Shown here: positions 1 to 13,040 of the stretch, one piece after another | How the letters are laid out: each line of letters begins with the position of its first letter | Position numbering within the stretch: the first letter of the stretch is position 1 | Assembly: GCF_018977255.1 (NCBI RefSeq) | Contig: NW_024704742.1 | Coordinates: forward strand, 106,206,001 to 106,270,000 | DNA: 64,000 nucleotides | Origin: Callorhinchus milii | Taxonomy: Eukaryota | Direction: 5' to 3' | The notes under the pieces: model-generated | What the model was told of the DNA's origin: nothing | What the model saw: only the letters and a program-made list of their open reading frames with translations | Database searches by the model: none | Made by a program: the position numbers and the translations under genes

Positions 1-999
1 CTTTTATTTGAGCCTGAGACAGATCACTATGTTGAAATCACTTCCAGATTTTGTTTATAATCAATGATATTTTTCTTTGCGGCTGTTGCGGAAACCCATC
101 ATCGTTGCTTAAGAGTATCCAAACCAAGCTTGGAATTCTATGCATCCTACCTACACGTGGAAATTCCAGAGATGGATTGTTGAATCTTATTCCACTTTTG
201 CTCTTTCAATATCATGGTGGAGATTGATAGTCAGGATACTCCACAAGGGATGCCCAATGATGTCTTTACTATAGGGTGAAAAATTCTAATATAATTCCTG
301 TAAATTTCTCATGAATGTTAATCTATGATTGATCACCTGAAAAAATAATATATGAATATTATAAAAATAATAGTATAAATTAAATATATAGGGCATAAGA
401 CTTGGTCTGATTTAATAGACAATTGCAATGCTAATAAGAACCTGGCTTATATGATCATGCTGTCAATATGGTAGCCACTTCCCATGAGAAATATGAATAA
501 GGTCGTCCCCACACACACCTTATTTCATCACTTGCTTATTGCATATAAATTCACATTCTAACCACCCAGTAAATAAAATTTTGGATATATCATGGGAACA
601 AACTTGCCTGAACCGTGCTGCCCGCTAGGGATGCTCAGCGAACTCTTGTGATGAGCGGCCTGGGGCCATGGAGCAGGTTGCCCTCACCCTCAGCCAGCCA
701 CATGGGTGGGCTGTTTTGACTGTTGTGGCCAGATCTCCGAGTGTAGAAATTTTAGACCTTCTATGAGGTTAGATTGTTAAAGTCTGAGTGATTCAGGCGC
801 TTACTATATTTTTTATTCTGGTGCATGTTTAAATACCACTGCAGCAAAGATCAAGGAGATTATATTAGACCATGTATATATCTCATTTCTTAAAAAAAAG
901 TAATTTAATGCTTCCAATTAGTTTTTCTATTATTCTTTCCATCCACATGTGCCTCTGCTCCTGGCCTGGCCTACTCTTGCTAAGGTACAGTTCCACAAG

Positions 1000-1300
1000 C
1001 ACTGGTTGCCCTTAATTACCCCAACAGTGAGTGTTGTTGGGCCACTCGACTGGAGAGGACATTGCAGCGAGTGTAACCTTACCCCACCAGACAGCCACAT
1101 ATTCACACAACAGGTGATAGATTCAATAGAGTGTCCAGGAGCAGAAGCCCTGGCTGGTTTCCTCACTAAATCTAGGAAGACCGAGGGCCAATTTAGTTTC
1201 TCTACGAAGGCTAAATTGGCTCTTGGCCTTCCTCACCAACTCAGCACAGACTGGGATTTGAATCAATGAGCCCTTGGTCAGTGAGCTGCAGCTCTATCTG
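1000..1300 (-). mobile_element. Old tRNA-derived SINE of a second family (degenerate)
   Basis: Motifs GGAGAGGACATTGCAGC, AGCCCTGGCTGGTTT, GGCCAATT and AACTCAGCACAGACTGGGATTTGAA (B-box on the minus strand). A related copy lies in the opposite orientation at ~54910-55300. Confidence 0.55.
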
Positions 1301-1418
1301 CTACACAACAACAACAAATTACACTTGTATAGCTCCTTTCACGCCAGGAGGCCGTTCCAAGGCCCTGACTATCAGGGCTGTCCCTTATCTTCTACTCGAA
1401 AATGTATATGATTCAATT

Positions 1419-1744
1419 AATAACAATAATAATCCTTGCATTTGATATAGCGCTTTTCACATCGGGAGGACGTCCCAAAGCGCTTCACAGAACACACTGT
1501 AAAGTGAATTGACTGTATATTTGTATATTTGTGGGCGAACGGGCAGCCAATTGCGCACAGCAACGTCCCACAAACAGTCGTGGATTGAGAATGACCAATT
1601 TATTATTGTTTTGTTTTTTTGGAGGGATTATTATTAGGCGTGTGGAGTAAGGAAACTTGCCCAAGGTTTCACCCTGCCTGGAATTGAACTCAGGTCTCTC
1701 GCTTGCAAAGCGAGTGCTCTAACCACTGAGCTACAGGACTCCAC
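1419..1744 (-). mobile_element. Full-length tRNA(Ala)-derived SINE with L2-type tail (SINE2-1_CM-like)
   Basis: Minus strand reads GTGGAGTCCTGTAGCTCAGTGGTTAGAGC (A-box) ... GAGTTCAATTCC (B-box) ... GCGCTATATCAAATGCAAGG(ATT)n. About ten near-complete related copies occur in the window. Confidence 0.95.
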
Positions 1745-2639
1745 GTAGTAACAGGTTTTGAAATATGAGACACTCATTAGACATATGAACATAGAATGTA
1801 CGAGACAAGAGGAATTCTTCATGAATGGAATGAGATTCATTCAGTGAAGTGCCTGTTCTTTAAACCATATTGAGGATCCCACATGTTAAATTTATTGAGT
1901 ACGTGTGCACAACATAATAACTCACAGTGCCAAAGTTTCAAATCAGTCATAAGCAAGGGTGAAAGGGTCAGTTTTTCATCCTGTCAATTGCTATAGTTGC
2001 GCTCCAGGCAATGGTGTGGTGTCACACTGAGTTCATTTAAAGTACTTTCTCAGGTCATCCTGTGTAAAGCCAAGACCAATGCGTCTCCTCCATTTCCTTG
2101 GCGTTGCATTTGGTTTTAGATCTCTACTAATCATATCATTGGAAGGTACACTTTGCGTTCCACTTGGTGTTTTAAGCAGTCTAGCACTAAACCATCTGAA
2201 ACTACTGTTGATTGAGAATGTCACTGACCTCAGGTTGTTTGACCCATTGCTGCTCTGCTCATGTTTCATTTATCGTGTTCAATTATCACTGAGAGTTATT
2301 TTTTAGTGCATTTCAAAGGCTTCCACTCTGCGATGCTCCAGTTGTGTAATTGGATAAAGGTCAGCATCGTAAAAGAATGTGAGCACATAATTTATATTGT
2401 AAGTGTGTAACTTTACTGATGGGGTGAAGTACTGCTTTTTTCCATATGTTGATTATGTGACGGAAAACTGTTAGTGAGCTCCTTTGTTCAAGTGCTCTGG
2501 GACGCTACCCTGCATGCGGGTCGCTATATAAATGCAAGTTGTTGTTGTTGTTGACCAATTGAGTTTAAGCACTGTCTGGTACAAACAAAGCCATTGAGGT
2601 TAGAAAGTAAGATTAATCCTTGTCTTTAATATTGTATAA

Positions 2640-3185
2640 ATTATCGTCCACACCTTTGTCACTTCCCGGCTGGACTATTCCAATGCCCTCCTCGCTGGTC
2701 TCCCCAGCTCCCCCATACACGAAATCCGATTAATTCAAAACTCCGCCGCAGGGATACTCACCCGCACAAAACTCTGTCCTCCCACCACACCAGTCCTCGC
2801 CAGGCTACGCAGGCTCCCAGTTATCAAATGGATCGATTTCAAGATCCTCTCACTCGTTTTCAAATTACTTAATGTCCTCGCTCCTCCCTACCTATCCAAT
2901 TTGCTTACCCCCCACTCCACCACCCCCTCGCTGCTTCCGCTGCCCGGCTCCGGCCTCCTGTTTGGCTCTCATCCCCTCCGCTCCACCATCATTGGCCATG
3001 TCTTCAGCCACTAAGCCCTGAAGCTCTGGAACTCTCTCCCTGAATATCTCCTCCTTACCCCCTCACTCCCCACCTTCAAATCCCGCCTAAAGACCTTTGT
3101 TTTTAATCGTGCTTATGGTCACCTCCGCCCTTCTTCTCTCCCTGGCTCTTTGTCAGACTCCGCCACTGTCAAGCACTCTTTGACG
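2640..3185 (+). mobile_element. L2 LINE 3' fragment
   Basis: Translates as IVHTFVTSRLDYSNALLAGLP...LIQNSAAGILTRT, the typical L2 ORF2 C-terminal region, followed by LWNSLP. Confidence 0.9.
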
Positions 3186-4552
3186 CAAGATAAACTAAAT
3201 TTTGAAAGCATGTTGCATCACCGGTTAAAGGTAGATAGATATAGGCAGAAATTGGATATAAAAGGTTTGTTAAATATTCAGGAAGCTGCTAGAATTTCTT
3301 CAACATCTGATACCTCTACATAACATAGTTATTCACAAAAACACTCCACACTCTTTCAATTATTTTAATTGCTTCACAGGACGCAACTGGTGGATCAAGT
3401 GCAGCTGAAGAATTTGGTTGGCGTTGAAGCTGATGATTGACAGTAGCCAGAGATACATGTTGATTGAGTCAACAGCTCAGGGACCACTTTGTGTGCACCA
3501 GTGACTGTTTGTAACCTTCAGGAATAGATCAAAAGAGAGATATGGATCAAGAAAGCTTGGATATTTGATCTTGAAGCAGCGTGTCACTATAATAATATTA
3601 ATGTTATATTAATATTATTATTAATAATGCTTACAGTTGATAGAGTGCTTTTCACATCAGAAAGACGTCAGGAGGATACACTATAAAGTGGAGTGACTGT
3701 TTTTTTTAGGTTGACAAGGCCTAGCTTATCTGGTTATTCCTCATAGTTCATCAACCACAATCAAAATATTTGTGTTCCGAAAGAAAAATGTGGAAATCTA
3801 ATACATAAATAAAATAAACATTTAAAAACTATGTATGCTTTTACATTTTGCATAACTAGAGTTGATAGATAGCTTGAATGTGAATGTGGACTGGTGTATA
3901 TTTAATGTTTGAAATGTGCATGGAAGTGGTTATTTAAAATACTTGAGACAATAAGCCTAGAAAATGTATAATATTGCAGGGGAATTAGAATGCTCCGTCT
4001 GATTTTTACCATTTTCTGTTGCTGTGGGACTTCTAGGAATGTGGAGAAACTGTGGATATAAAAGTATTTTTTTTAATATGAAATCTGTTGAGAAAACATC
4101 TGCAGCTTTTTATTGGCTTCGGCTGTAGGTCATCCAAACTCAGTACATTCTTGGTTTGTCATGTTTTCTTCTCCTTATACAATGACTTTATTGGCAATTT
4201 ATTTGAAATCCATTATTTATTTCTGTAAATATATTTAGTCTGTGATTTTAAGCCTCAGCGCATCTCCAGTGGCAAGGGGGTCAGCTATATTAAAACTGTT
4301 GGGGTAAAATGACAACACTTACCAGGAGATAACAAATGATATCATATAGAAACAATGTCAGCATTGGTTGAATAACAACAACAACAAAATTATATTTGTA
4401 AAGTGCCTTTCACGTCAGGAGGATGTTCCAAGGCACTGAAACCCTACTTATCATCCTTATCTTTAAATAATGGAACCTGTGTTAACATTTTAGAGTTAAT
4501 TCACTGTTTGGTTCTCAACAAAAGTTGTATTGAAGTGTTAAAGAATTGCGAT

Positions 4553-4878
4553 GTGGAATCCTGTAGCTCAGTGGTTACAGCACTCATCTTCCAAGCGAGA
4601 CACCTGGGTTCAATTCCAGGCAGGGCGAAACCTTGGGCAAGTTTCCTTACTCCACACGCCTAATAATAATCCCTCCAAAACAAAACAATAATAAATTGGT
4701 CGTTTTCAATCCAAGACTGTTTGTGGGACATTGCTGTGTGCAATTGGCTGCCGCGTTTCGCCCTCAAATATACGGTCAATTCACTCTTCAGCATATTCTG
4801 TGAAGCGCTTTGAGACATTGAGAAGACGTGAAAACCGCTATATCAAATGCAAGGATTATTATTATTATTATTATTATT
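4553..4878 (+). mobile_element. Full-length tRNA-derived SINE
   Basis: GTGGAATCCTGTAGCTCAGTGG head, GGTTCAATTCC B-box and (ATT)n tail. Confidence 0.95.
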
Positions 4879-4979
4879 CAGGCTCAAAGTCTAAGTTGAC
4901 GTAAAAAGACTGAGACAAAATAAAAATGATTTTTAGAGCCATGCATCCTGCTAGCCTGTAATATGTATTATTTATTTAT

Positions 4980-5967
4980 TACCTACATTTCCTACAGTTG
5001 AATGTGAACAAGATTGAGGCCCCCCTGATTGGCTCGCGCCAGCGCCTCAGTACCTCAGGCTCTGGCAACATCCATGGTTGCACACTACAACTCACCAGCC
5101 AGTCAGGAACCTGGGTGTCTTGTTTGACCCTCAACTGTCTTTTCTCCCCCACATTCAAGCCATGACCCGCTCTGCCTTCCCTCACCTCTGTAACATCGCC
5201 CGACTCCGCCAATACCTCACCCCTCAGGCCGCTGAAACTCTTGTTCATGCCTTCATCACCTCCAGGCTCGACTAAGCAAATGCCCTGCTTGTCAGCCTTC
5301 CCAACTCCTCCCTCCACAGGCTGCAGATAATCCAGAACTCTGCAGCCCGTGTCCTCTCCCGCACCAAACTCCGTGACCCCATCTCTGCCGCGTTCGCCCA
5401 CAAATATACAGTCAATTCACTTTACAGTATATTCTGTGAAGCACTTTGAGACATCTAGAATAGGTGAAAAGCGCTATATCAAATGCAAGAATTATTATTA
5501 TTATTATCTCCTCCACTCTCGCCCAATTCCACTGGCTCCCTATCCTTCAGACGATCCAGTTCAAGATCTTGGTCCTCACATACAAAGCCCTCCATGGCCT
5601 CGCCCCACCCTAACTCTGCGACCTCCTAAGACCCTACCAACCCGCCGTTCCCTCCGCTCAGCCAGCTCTGGCCTGCTCCATGTCCCCCGACCCACCCGCC
5701 CCACCATTGGCAGGAGAACCTTCAGTCACTCTGCCCCCAACCTCTGGAATTCCATCCCCCAATCACTCTGCCTCGCCCCCTCCTTAGCCTCCTTCAAGTT
5801 CCACCTCAAGACCCTCCACTTTGACCATGTCATCAGCCACCCCCCTTCCACTCCCCTCCCTTACCCTCAACCCCAGCTTGGGTCTGAAATACTGTACTCT
5901 GCCCAGCACCTTGGGACGTCCTCCCAATGTGAAAGGCGCAATACAAATATAATCTTGTTGTTGTTGT
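4980..5967 (+). mobile_element. 5'-truncated L2 LINE with a nested SINE tail
   Basis: FLQLNVNKIE, VRNLGVLFDPQLSF, LVHAFITSRLD and APNLWNSIP motifs; ends in (GTT)n. Confidence 0.92.
5386..5505 (+). mobile_element. 5'-truncated SINE inserted in L2, with ATCTC target duplication
   Basis: SINE 3' part, flanked by ATCTC at 5381-5385 and 5506-5510. Confidence 0.85.
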
Positions 5968-7224
5968 GTTATAGGACTCTCAATTTATATCTTTTTTTCA
6001 CCTTTCTATTTGCTCAGTTTTTTTTATTTGTATTTGATTCCTAAGCTTTTAAATAGCAAAAGCATTCCTGTATTTGGAGATAACAACATGGGTGTGGTAA
6101 GATTGTTCACATTATAACATGTTACCATAATTGTTAATGCATAAGTACTTAGTTATTGGGGTTGATTTTGATTTGCAAGATCTATGAGTTTCACTGAGTG
6201 CTGTATTAGCTAATGTTATTGTCTTGGCCTGAAATATCATTTGTGATTGGAGCAAGTTATTAGAAAACAGATTTCTCTGTTTCCTGATAATTGATGTCAG
6301 TGGGCAAGTAGTAGGTAATGCCAATGGCCACCACGACAGTGGCAATAGTATACTGATGCTTCAAATCATAAGAGTATGTAAAAACTGGTGAAACTGTTTC
6401 CCACACATTATGCTTAGGAAAGAGCCATTGTGTTGTGGAGATAAATAAGATAAATGAACAATAATTGACTGTGACAGAAGATTAAAGATTTGCAGATGTG
6501 CTCTTGTTCTTTGTTGCACTTGCAAAACTAAAGGCAAGTTTGAGACAATGATAAAATAAACATTACTGGTAGGTTTCAGCCTGCAAGATACACAGTACGG
6601 TTGACTAATGTGCATAATATTACCTTCAGCTTCAGGGATTCTGTCATTTCTGAAATACTCAGATCCTTTGTTTCCTCATATAATCCTCATCAATGTTTAT
6701 ATATGATACTGTATGTTTAGGTCACAACAATCTTCTTTACTAGCTGTGCATGTTATAATAATCCTGGAAATATATGACAAAAATCACCTGTGACATTTTT
6801 GATAAGAAGTGAATATGAAGCACCTAAAATATTTATTATCCACAAAACCAGTTGCTAATGTACAATGGGAACCATCTTTTGTAACTGTTTTTGCAAGAAA
6901 TATCTTGCACACAATGTACTTTGTGTTATTCTGTTCAACTCAAGGTCTGCAAAATATTTTTTAAAATCATATGATGGCCACATTTTCTGTACTTAGCAAA
7001 TCTTTCATGTTATCTTTTTCACAACTGCTTGTTAATCCTAACAGTGGGTGACATAAATTTCCTTTTAATTTGTTTTAATTGCTGTCTCGAAAATAGGAGG
7101 AGGATAATGGGAATCAATACAGTTTTTACTAAGTTCTTCCTGCTCTCATAACTGGTGCCATTAATGATTTGATAATATGCCAAAGATAAAAACTGCCTCT
7201 TTGATTTAGATGATCTTTGTTTCC

Positions 7225-7560
7225 ACACCGTAATTTACCCGGATTCCCTGACCCCTCTGAATAGAGACAATGCGTAAATTGTACGGTACCAGTGGGAAGT
7301 GAAAACAGAAATCATACAGCTTTCAATGAGTTGCTAGGTTCCTGATGGCGAAGAAAGCAGAATAATGATATTGGCAAATACACAAATCACCCCACTGTTC
7401 CCCTGCAGCAGAGGAGATGAGGCAACATGTAGTTATGAACCCATTAACAATAATTCTCTTGTGAGATCACTCACTTCAGCAATTGTTAGATGCACACAAT
7501 GCAGAAAGGAAATACTTAAAATCAGAGTCAGCACACTGCAGACATCTGAGTGTATGTTTC
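7225..7560. promoter_or_regulatory. Candidate conserved non-coding element (enhancer)
   Basis: Repeat-free, high-complexity block with retained CpGs, homeodomain (TAATTTA, CATTAA) and SOX (AACAAT) motifs. Conservation not verified. Confidence 0.35.
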
Positions 7561-10432
7561 CACAGAATTCCTATTTCAAGCATTGTCCCTTTCTTTTGTT
7601 TTAAAGGATATCCAATTTCTGCATGGAATTTTTCTTACATTGTACAAAAAAGATGAAACAGCACACCTAGAGATGTTTTGGACATTATATATAATGTAGT
7701 TGTTACCTAATACAAAAAAGGTTTCACCACTCACCAAGAGAGCTGGTTTCTCTGTTGAATTACAGCTGCATTTGACTTGACATTTCCATAGCTGGTAAAC
7801 ACTCTGAACACTAGAAATTATATATTATTATGTTATATACTGGTTAAATGGACAATAATACAGACATTTATGTATTGTATTCAGAAGTTAAAAACCTTTC
7901 GGATTAAAGGTTTCAAAATGTACTCTCTACTGCACAGAATTTGACAGCGCCAGATGAATTACATTTCCTCACTCTGGGTATAGATTGAATGTTTTCAGAA
8001 AGCTGACATATCTATAATCTTTCAGTCCGACTCAAATATATTATTCAGGAAAGAATACAAATCTCGTAAATGCTTTAGCTCATCTCTGGGCTACTGAAAA
8101 GCACTCAATGCTTGACTGTCATTTTCAGCATAAAGGAAGTACAGCAAAATACAAAAAAAATCACAAAATGTGATAGTTTTATCTAATCCTCACGATCAAT
8201 TGACAGATTTGAAATTCAGCTAAAAGCATGCTTTATGACCTTTCTGTACTCCAATGATCACATTTATGCTTCAAATTGCAACACAGGACTTTAAAAGGTT
8301 AAGGTGCAATGACACCAAGGCTAGTTTCAGTAATTAATTACATTTTTAAAAAGAAGCCTTTGTGAAAATCCTGTTGCTCATTTTAAATGAAATACATCAT
8401 AAACAAATGAATGTTCATATGTTAACGTTTAATCAAAGGCTGTTTAAAATGAACAACCATTGGGTTTTATGGAATTTTTCGGAGCAGAAATGTTGATTTT
8501 AGGATCGGGATAAGCAAGCTTCAAATAGATTTTTCTGTGACTCCCATAGTTCTAGATTAAAAATGGCAACTATATAGGAAAGTATCATGAAAAGGATACC
8601 AAAATTGTCATCAAACTATTCAGTAAAATTGATGCTGTTCCCCTAATAGTATGTTACACTATATCGACAGCTTCCATCAGTGTTGGACGTTTAAAGTTAT
8701 ACACGTGTTTTATTTCATGCATCCATTTCCTGACGGCGGGTTTAAAGAACTAAAGCATGCAGAAAATGCCACTCGGTTTCTTTTGAGTTAAGGAAACTGG
8801 TAACTGATCAGTCAGCAGGCTGTACCTAAGGGATAGTGCCTGCTCAGATTGGTAGCGAATCAGAGATGTTTGTCTGACTGCAGTACATCAGTTTTAGGTT
8901 ACATTGTGCACCTGGTCACAAAAATCAGAATCATGACATTTAAGAAGAATGAAAATAACTCTTGAGAGAATTTAGCTAACACTGAACGTGACGTCACATG
9001 GACCAAAGAAATTTGAAATCTGACCTGTGATACTCAGACGCAAAGGCAGCATAGATAAATATAGGAGATAGCAGTTCTTTGGGGGAGGAAGACTAAAGAA
9101 ATAGGAAAAGTTAAGTAAATATGCAGTTTTGATCAGTGATGACAGAAGGGAATGTTCATATAGGAACAACATAAAACAGGACGAATTTTGATAATGTCCT
9201 AACAAGCAATGCTTATATATCAAACAGCCAACAGTTAGAATTGTTTCAAAAGCAATGAAAGTCCAGGAAGACAGTAAATAGCAGCTAACCCAAAATGGAT
9301 CATGGTTTGAAAAGCTAATGAAACCAAGATTACAGAGATGTGCAATGGTCAACTTTGCAGCTTCAGGTAGTCTTGTTAGTTGTTAGTTAGCTGTTTAAGA
9401 GAAACAAATAATATATGAAATGGGTTCCCAAGTACATTGATTGGTGTACATTATTTTCAGTGTTTTGATGAATTTCTCTACTTATATTCACTAAGGTAAC
9501 GGATCATAGTGTTAGCAAACACTACATTTACATACTTCTGGCATTCAATGGCAGCATAAAGTACAGATACAACAAAGTCAGAAATGTGCAGTAAAATGCA
9601 TCATTGATTGATATAGTGTTCTTTTTGTTACTTGCATATAATGTGTCTTTCCTTGATAAACTCAAAATTCTCTGTATTTTAGTCCAACAAGGGGTTTAAC
9701 CCCAGGTCCAGAAGACTACCTTGTGTGCACTAATATATTTAATTTCACCCACACATTATCATTGTAGCCTCTCCGAGCAAGACTGGCAACTAGTGGAGAA
9801 TTAGGACAATTTTGTAGACCATTGCCCATGAGGAACATAATGGATACCAATGGATAGCAGGAAACAGAGCAGCCCAGGCTTAAAATATGACTAGAAGGTG
9901 CTCTTTTGGAGTGGGGAAACAAACATTCTTTTGTTTTGGGATAACTGGCTTACAGCTAAAACAAGGTAGGAGGTTCGAAAGGTGCAAAGCTAGTGAAACC
10001 ATTGCATAATCACTAGAAAATAATGTCAGCAAATCCTTGGGTACAGCCCAGGATCTTCTCTGAGCCAAATTCCTATGATGAAATGAGGTAGTGTGTCTCA
10101 TTGTACCAGTAAAGACCTTTGTCTTTAATAATAATAATAATCCTTGCATTTCATATAGAGCGTGTATATATAAACATTGAGATGTCTCTGACAAAACCAA
10201 TTCATGCAAAGGTTAAGTTCATAAAATATTTGAGCAAATATTTGAGAGAGATTTGACAAAGTCAGTGTTTGTGCATCCAAATTTTAAAAAAATGCTTTCT
10301 CATGTAATCCTAAATTACGTTTCTTTTGTAATGTGACCTTTTGATACCACAACTGTACAAACAAAATTAAGTCTCTTAAACATTAGCAGTCAATTAAAAT
10401 CACACTTTTAGTAGAATAATAGAAGCACGACA

Positions 10433-10538
10433 TCGCTCACAAAATACAATAATTCCATTCTACAGTGTATTCTGTGAAGCACTTTGAGATGCCTTGATGA
10501 CATGAAAGGCGCTATATCAAATGCTAGGATTATTATTA
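10433..10538 (+). mobile_element. SINE 3' fragment
   Basis: TTCTGTGAAGCACTTTGAGA...GGCGCTATATCAAATGCTAGG(ATT)n. Confidence 0.85.
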
Positions 10539-10542
10539 ATTA

Positions 10543-10858
10543 TAATAATAATAATAATTCTTGCATTTGATATAGCGCTCTTCATGTCTTCTAGACATCT
10601 CAAAGCGCTTCACAGAATACACTGTAAAGTGAATTGACTGTATATTTATGAGCGAAACGCGGCAGCCAATTGCACACAGCAGTGCCCCACAAACAGTTGT
10701 GGATTGAGTGACCAAATTATTATTGTTTTCTTTACTTGAGGGATTATTATCAGGCGTGTGGAGTAAGGAAACTTTCCCAAGGTTTCGCCCTGCCGGGAAT
10801 CGAACCTAGGTCTCTCATTTGTGAGGCGAGTGCTCTAACCACTGAGCTACAGGACTCC
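10543..10858 (-). mobile_element. Full-length tRNA-derived SINE
   Basis: Complete head-body-tail match to the family on the minus strand. Confidence 0.95.
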
Positions 10859-11623
10859 TGAAATTATGGGCATCAGACCTACATGAAGGGTTAAAACCTG
10901 ATGCCTCTTAGTTAAGCAATACTGTAACTTATAATTTTAATACATAAGCATATGCATTTTATTTACGGATTATGCAGCATATTCAGGAAGATGTTGTGGT
11001 CAACAAAGTGCCTGCTTTATTTTATGGAGTTCTAAGCCTTTATGTAGTGACGGAAAAGTGAATTAGAATTCTTCCTTTAGATCAGCATGCATTTCCTATT
11101 ATATATAGTCCTAGTTACAAATGGCTCCACTTGTCATAAAGTTACAGACTGGATAGACAGAGAGAGAGAGATTGGATCATATATCTTGTCTCACCAAGAT
11201 TCCTCAAAACTAGCATCATTCAAAGCTATGCAATCTTTTTTTTGTATGCTATAAACTTTAGGAGGTTTGTAATAAGGTTAATGAAACCATATATAACTTC
11301 GGCAGAATTGTTAAACTGAGGTCAGTCTCGGTCAAAGCTGCTTTTCTTACAGAATCTCTAATGCTAGCAGATGCCTGTATTCTCAAGCAAAACTCATAGC
11401 TGCATGACCCCATCAGTTTCAGTGTTAATTCCAGACATACATTAAAATAACGAGATACAGAAAAACAGAGATTAATTTTGAAAACCACCACAGTCTGTGG
11501 CTGTGTCCAGTTACAATTCGCTCATAGTCATTTCTGCAGTATAGTTCTTCACTTACTATTCAGCATACAGTGAGCGAGTCAGAAGGGGGAATAAACAGCT
11601 CACCAATTGACACACCCTAATTG

Positions 11624-11980
11624 ACAGCCTGGCTCAGTTGGTAGCACTCTCTGGGTTTGCTGCATTGTTGGAGGTGCCATGCTTTTGATGAGATTTTAAA
11701 CTTAGGTCCTATCTACCTGTTCAGTGGACATTAAAGATCTCATGACACTATTTGAAAAGAGAAGGGAATATCTCCTGGCCCCAAATAAAATTGGTCATTC
11801 ATTTAATGGATATTTGTGGAACATTGCTGCGCGCAAATTCCTGTCGGTTTCACCTACAAATACATCGTCACTTCACCCTAAAATCCTATGTAGCACTTTG
11901 AGATGTCTTAAAGATGTAATCAAACACTGTGTCAAATGCAAGGATAATGATGATGTTGATTATTATTATTATTATTATTA
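11624..11980 (+). mobile_element. Deu-domain SINE (SacSINE1/AmnSINE-like), internally deleted
   Basis: GGCTCAGTTGGTAGCACTCT head, then GCTGCATTGTTGGAGGTGCC...GATGAGA..TTAAAC...AAAGATCTCATG.CACTATTTGAA Deu core, then the L2-type tail. Confidence 0.8.
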
Positions 11981-12619
11981 TAATTATCCCTCCATTATTG
12001 CAGAATTATTGTTTTTCTGTTTGTGGGCTTTTTGGATTGCAGATGAGTGTAACATGTTGTGTTGATCACAGTTACTCTGTCTGGTTACATAGAGCTCTCG
12101 TCATTGCTTTTTGCAGTACGTACAGTGGATTCTGTAGACATACATGCAGAGAAGGTGCTTCTCCATCTTCTGAAATTGGTCTGGGCACTATAATTAGATA
12201 TCTTGTCAATAGTAACAATATTTACTGATGCTCTCAGATACAGTATTTTGTGAAAGCAAGTCACTTAAGTGTGGATACATCTGAAGAATGTCATATATTT
12301 CCCACACTAACAATTTCATGGTCACATGCTTAATAGCTTCACCAATTGAGATACATTTTCTCTGATTTAGATTGACCATTAACCTCTTCACCAGTCTGCA
12401 TTAATTTGGGGTATGAGCATACTAAAGAACAATACAGTGTGAAATGTTCAGGCTTTTTAATGAATACGAAAATGTTTTAATAAAGCACACTTGACCTGTT
12501 GCATCATAGTTGCATAAAATGACCAAGAACAAATGAAGTTTAAAGTTCATAACAATCTCTAACAATATGTGATATGAAATAATAATCTTGCTATTGATAT
12601 ACTGCTTTATCACATTGTT

Positions 12620-13040
12620 GAAACATTTCAAAGTGCTCCACAGGATTTACTGTAGTGACAGTGTATTTATGGGCCAATGTTGTAACCACTTTGTACACAG
12701 CAAAGTTCTGCAATTAGCCACAAAGTGAATGACAAATTTTATCTCAAAAAACTCTTCTCTTTTTGAATAGTACCACTGGATCTTTAACATTCATCTGAAC
12801 AAATGAATGGGACCTCAGTTTAACATCTCATCCAACAATTTTTTTTCAATCAGCCAGGTGTCTGACACATGCGGAAACCCATCACCATGCTTAAAAGTAT
12901 CGAAACCAAAAATGCAGCCCTTTCCCAGTATTGCACTGGAACATCAACCTGGACTGCAAGCTGAAAGTCCTGACCTGGTTCTTGAACCCACAGCTTCTGA
13001 CTTGGAAGCAAGAATGCTGCCAATTGAGCAGGCTGACGCC
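12620..13040 (-). mobile_element. Deu-domain SINE carrying a 70-bp insertion
   Basis: Reverse-complement Deu core (GGATCTTTAACATTCATCTGAAC...TTTAACATCTCATCC) and tRNA head ending CCAATTGAGCAGGCTGAC; interrupted at 12839-12910. Confidence 0.75.
12839..12910 (-). repeat. ~70-bp A-tailed mini-repeat (other copies at 70-126, 15692-15762, 17840-17909, 36524-36556)
   Basis: Shared plus-strand core T(n)..CAGCCAGGTGTCTGACACATG(C/T)GGAAACCCATC....CTTAAG.GTATCCAAAC. Confidence 0.75.

Noticed and set aside
2033-2340. Coding-looking overlapping ORFs
   Set aside because: No recognisable domain or convincing splice sites.
4553-4628. SINE heads as genuine tRNA genes
   Set aside because: Each continues into a SINE body and tail with no oligo-T terminator, and the anticodon loops vary between copies.
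5349-6044. 231-aa ORF, the longest in the track
   Set aside because: Chimeric read-through of L2, SINE tail and L2; not a host gene.
8988-8997. CRE palindrome GTGACGTCAC
   Set aside because: Single short motif, expected by chance in 64 kb; no promoter context.
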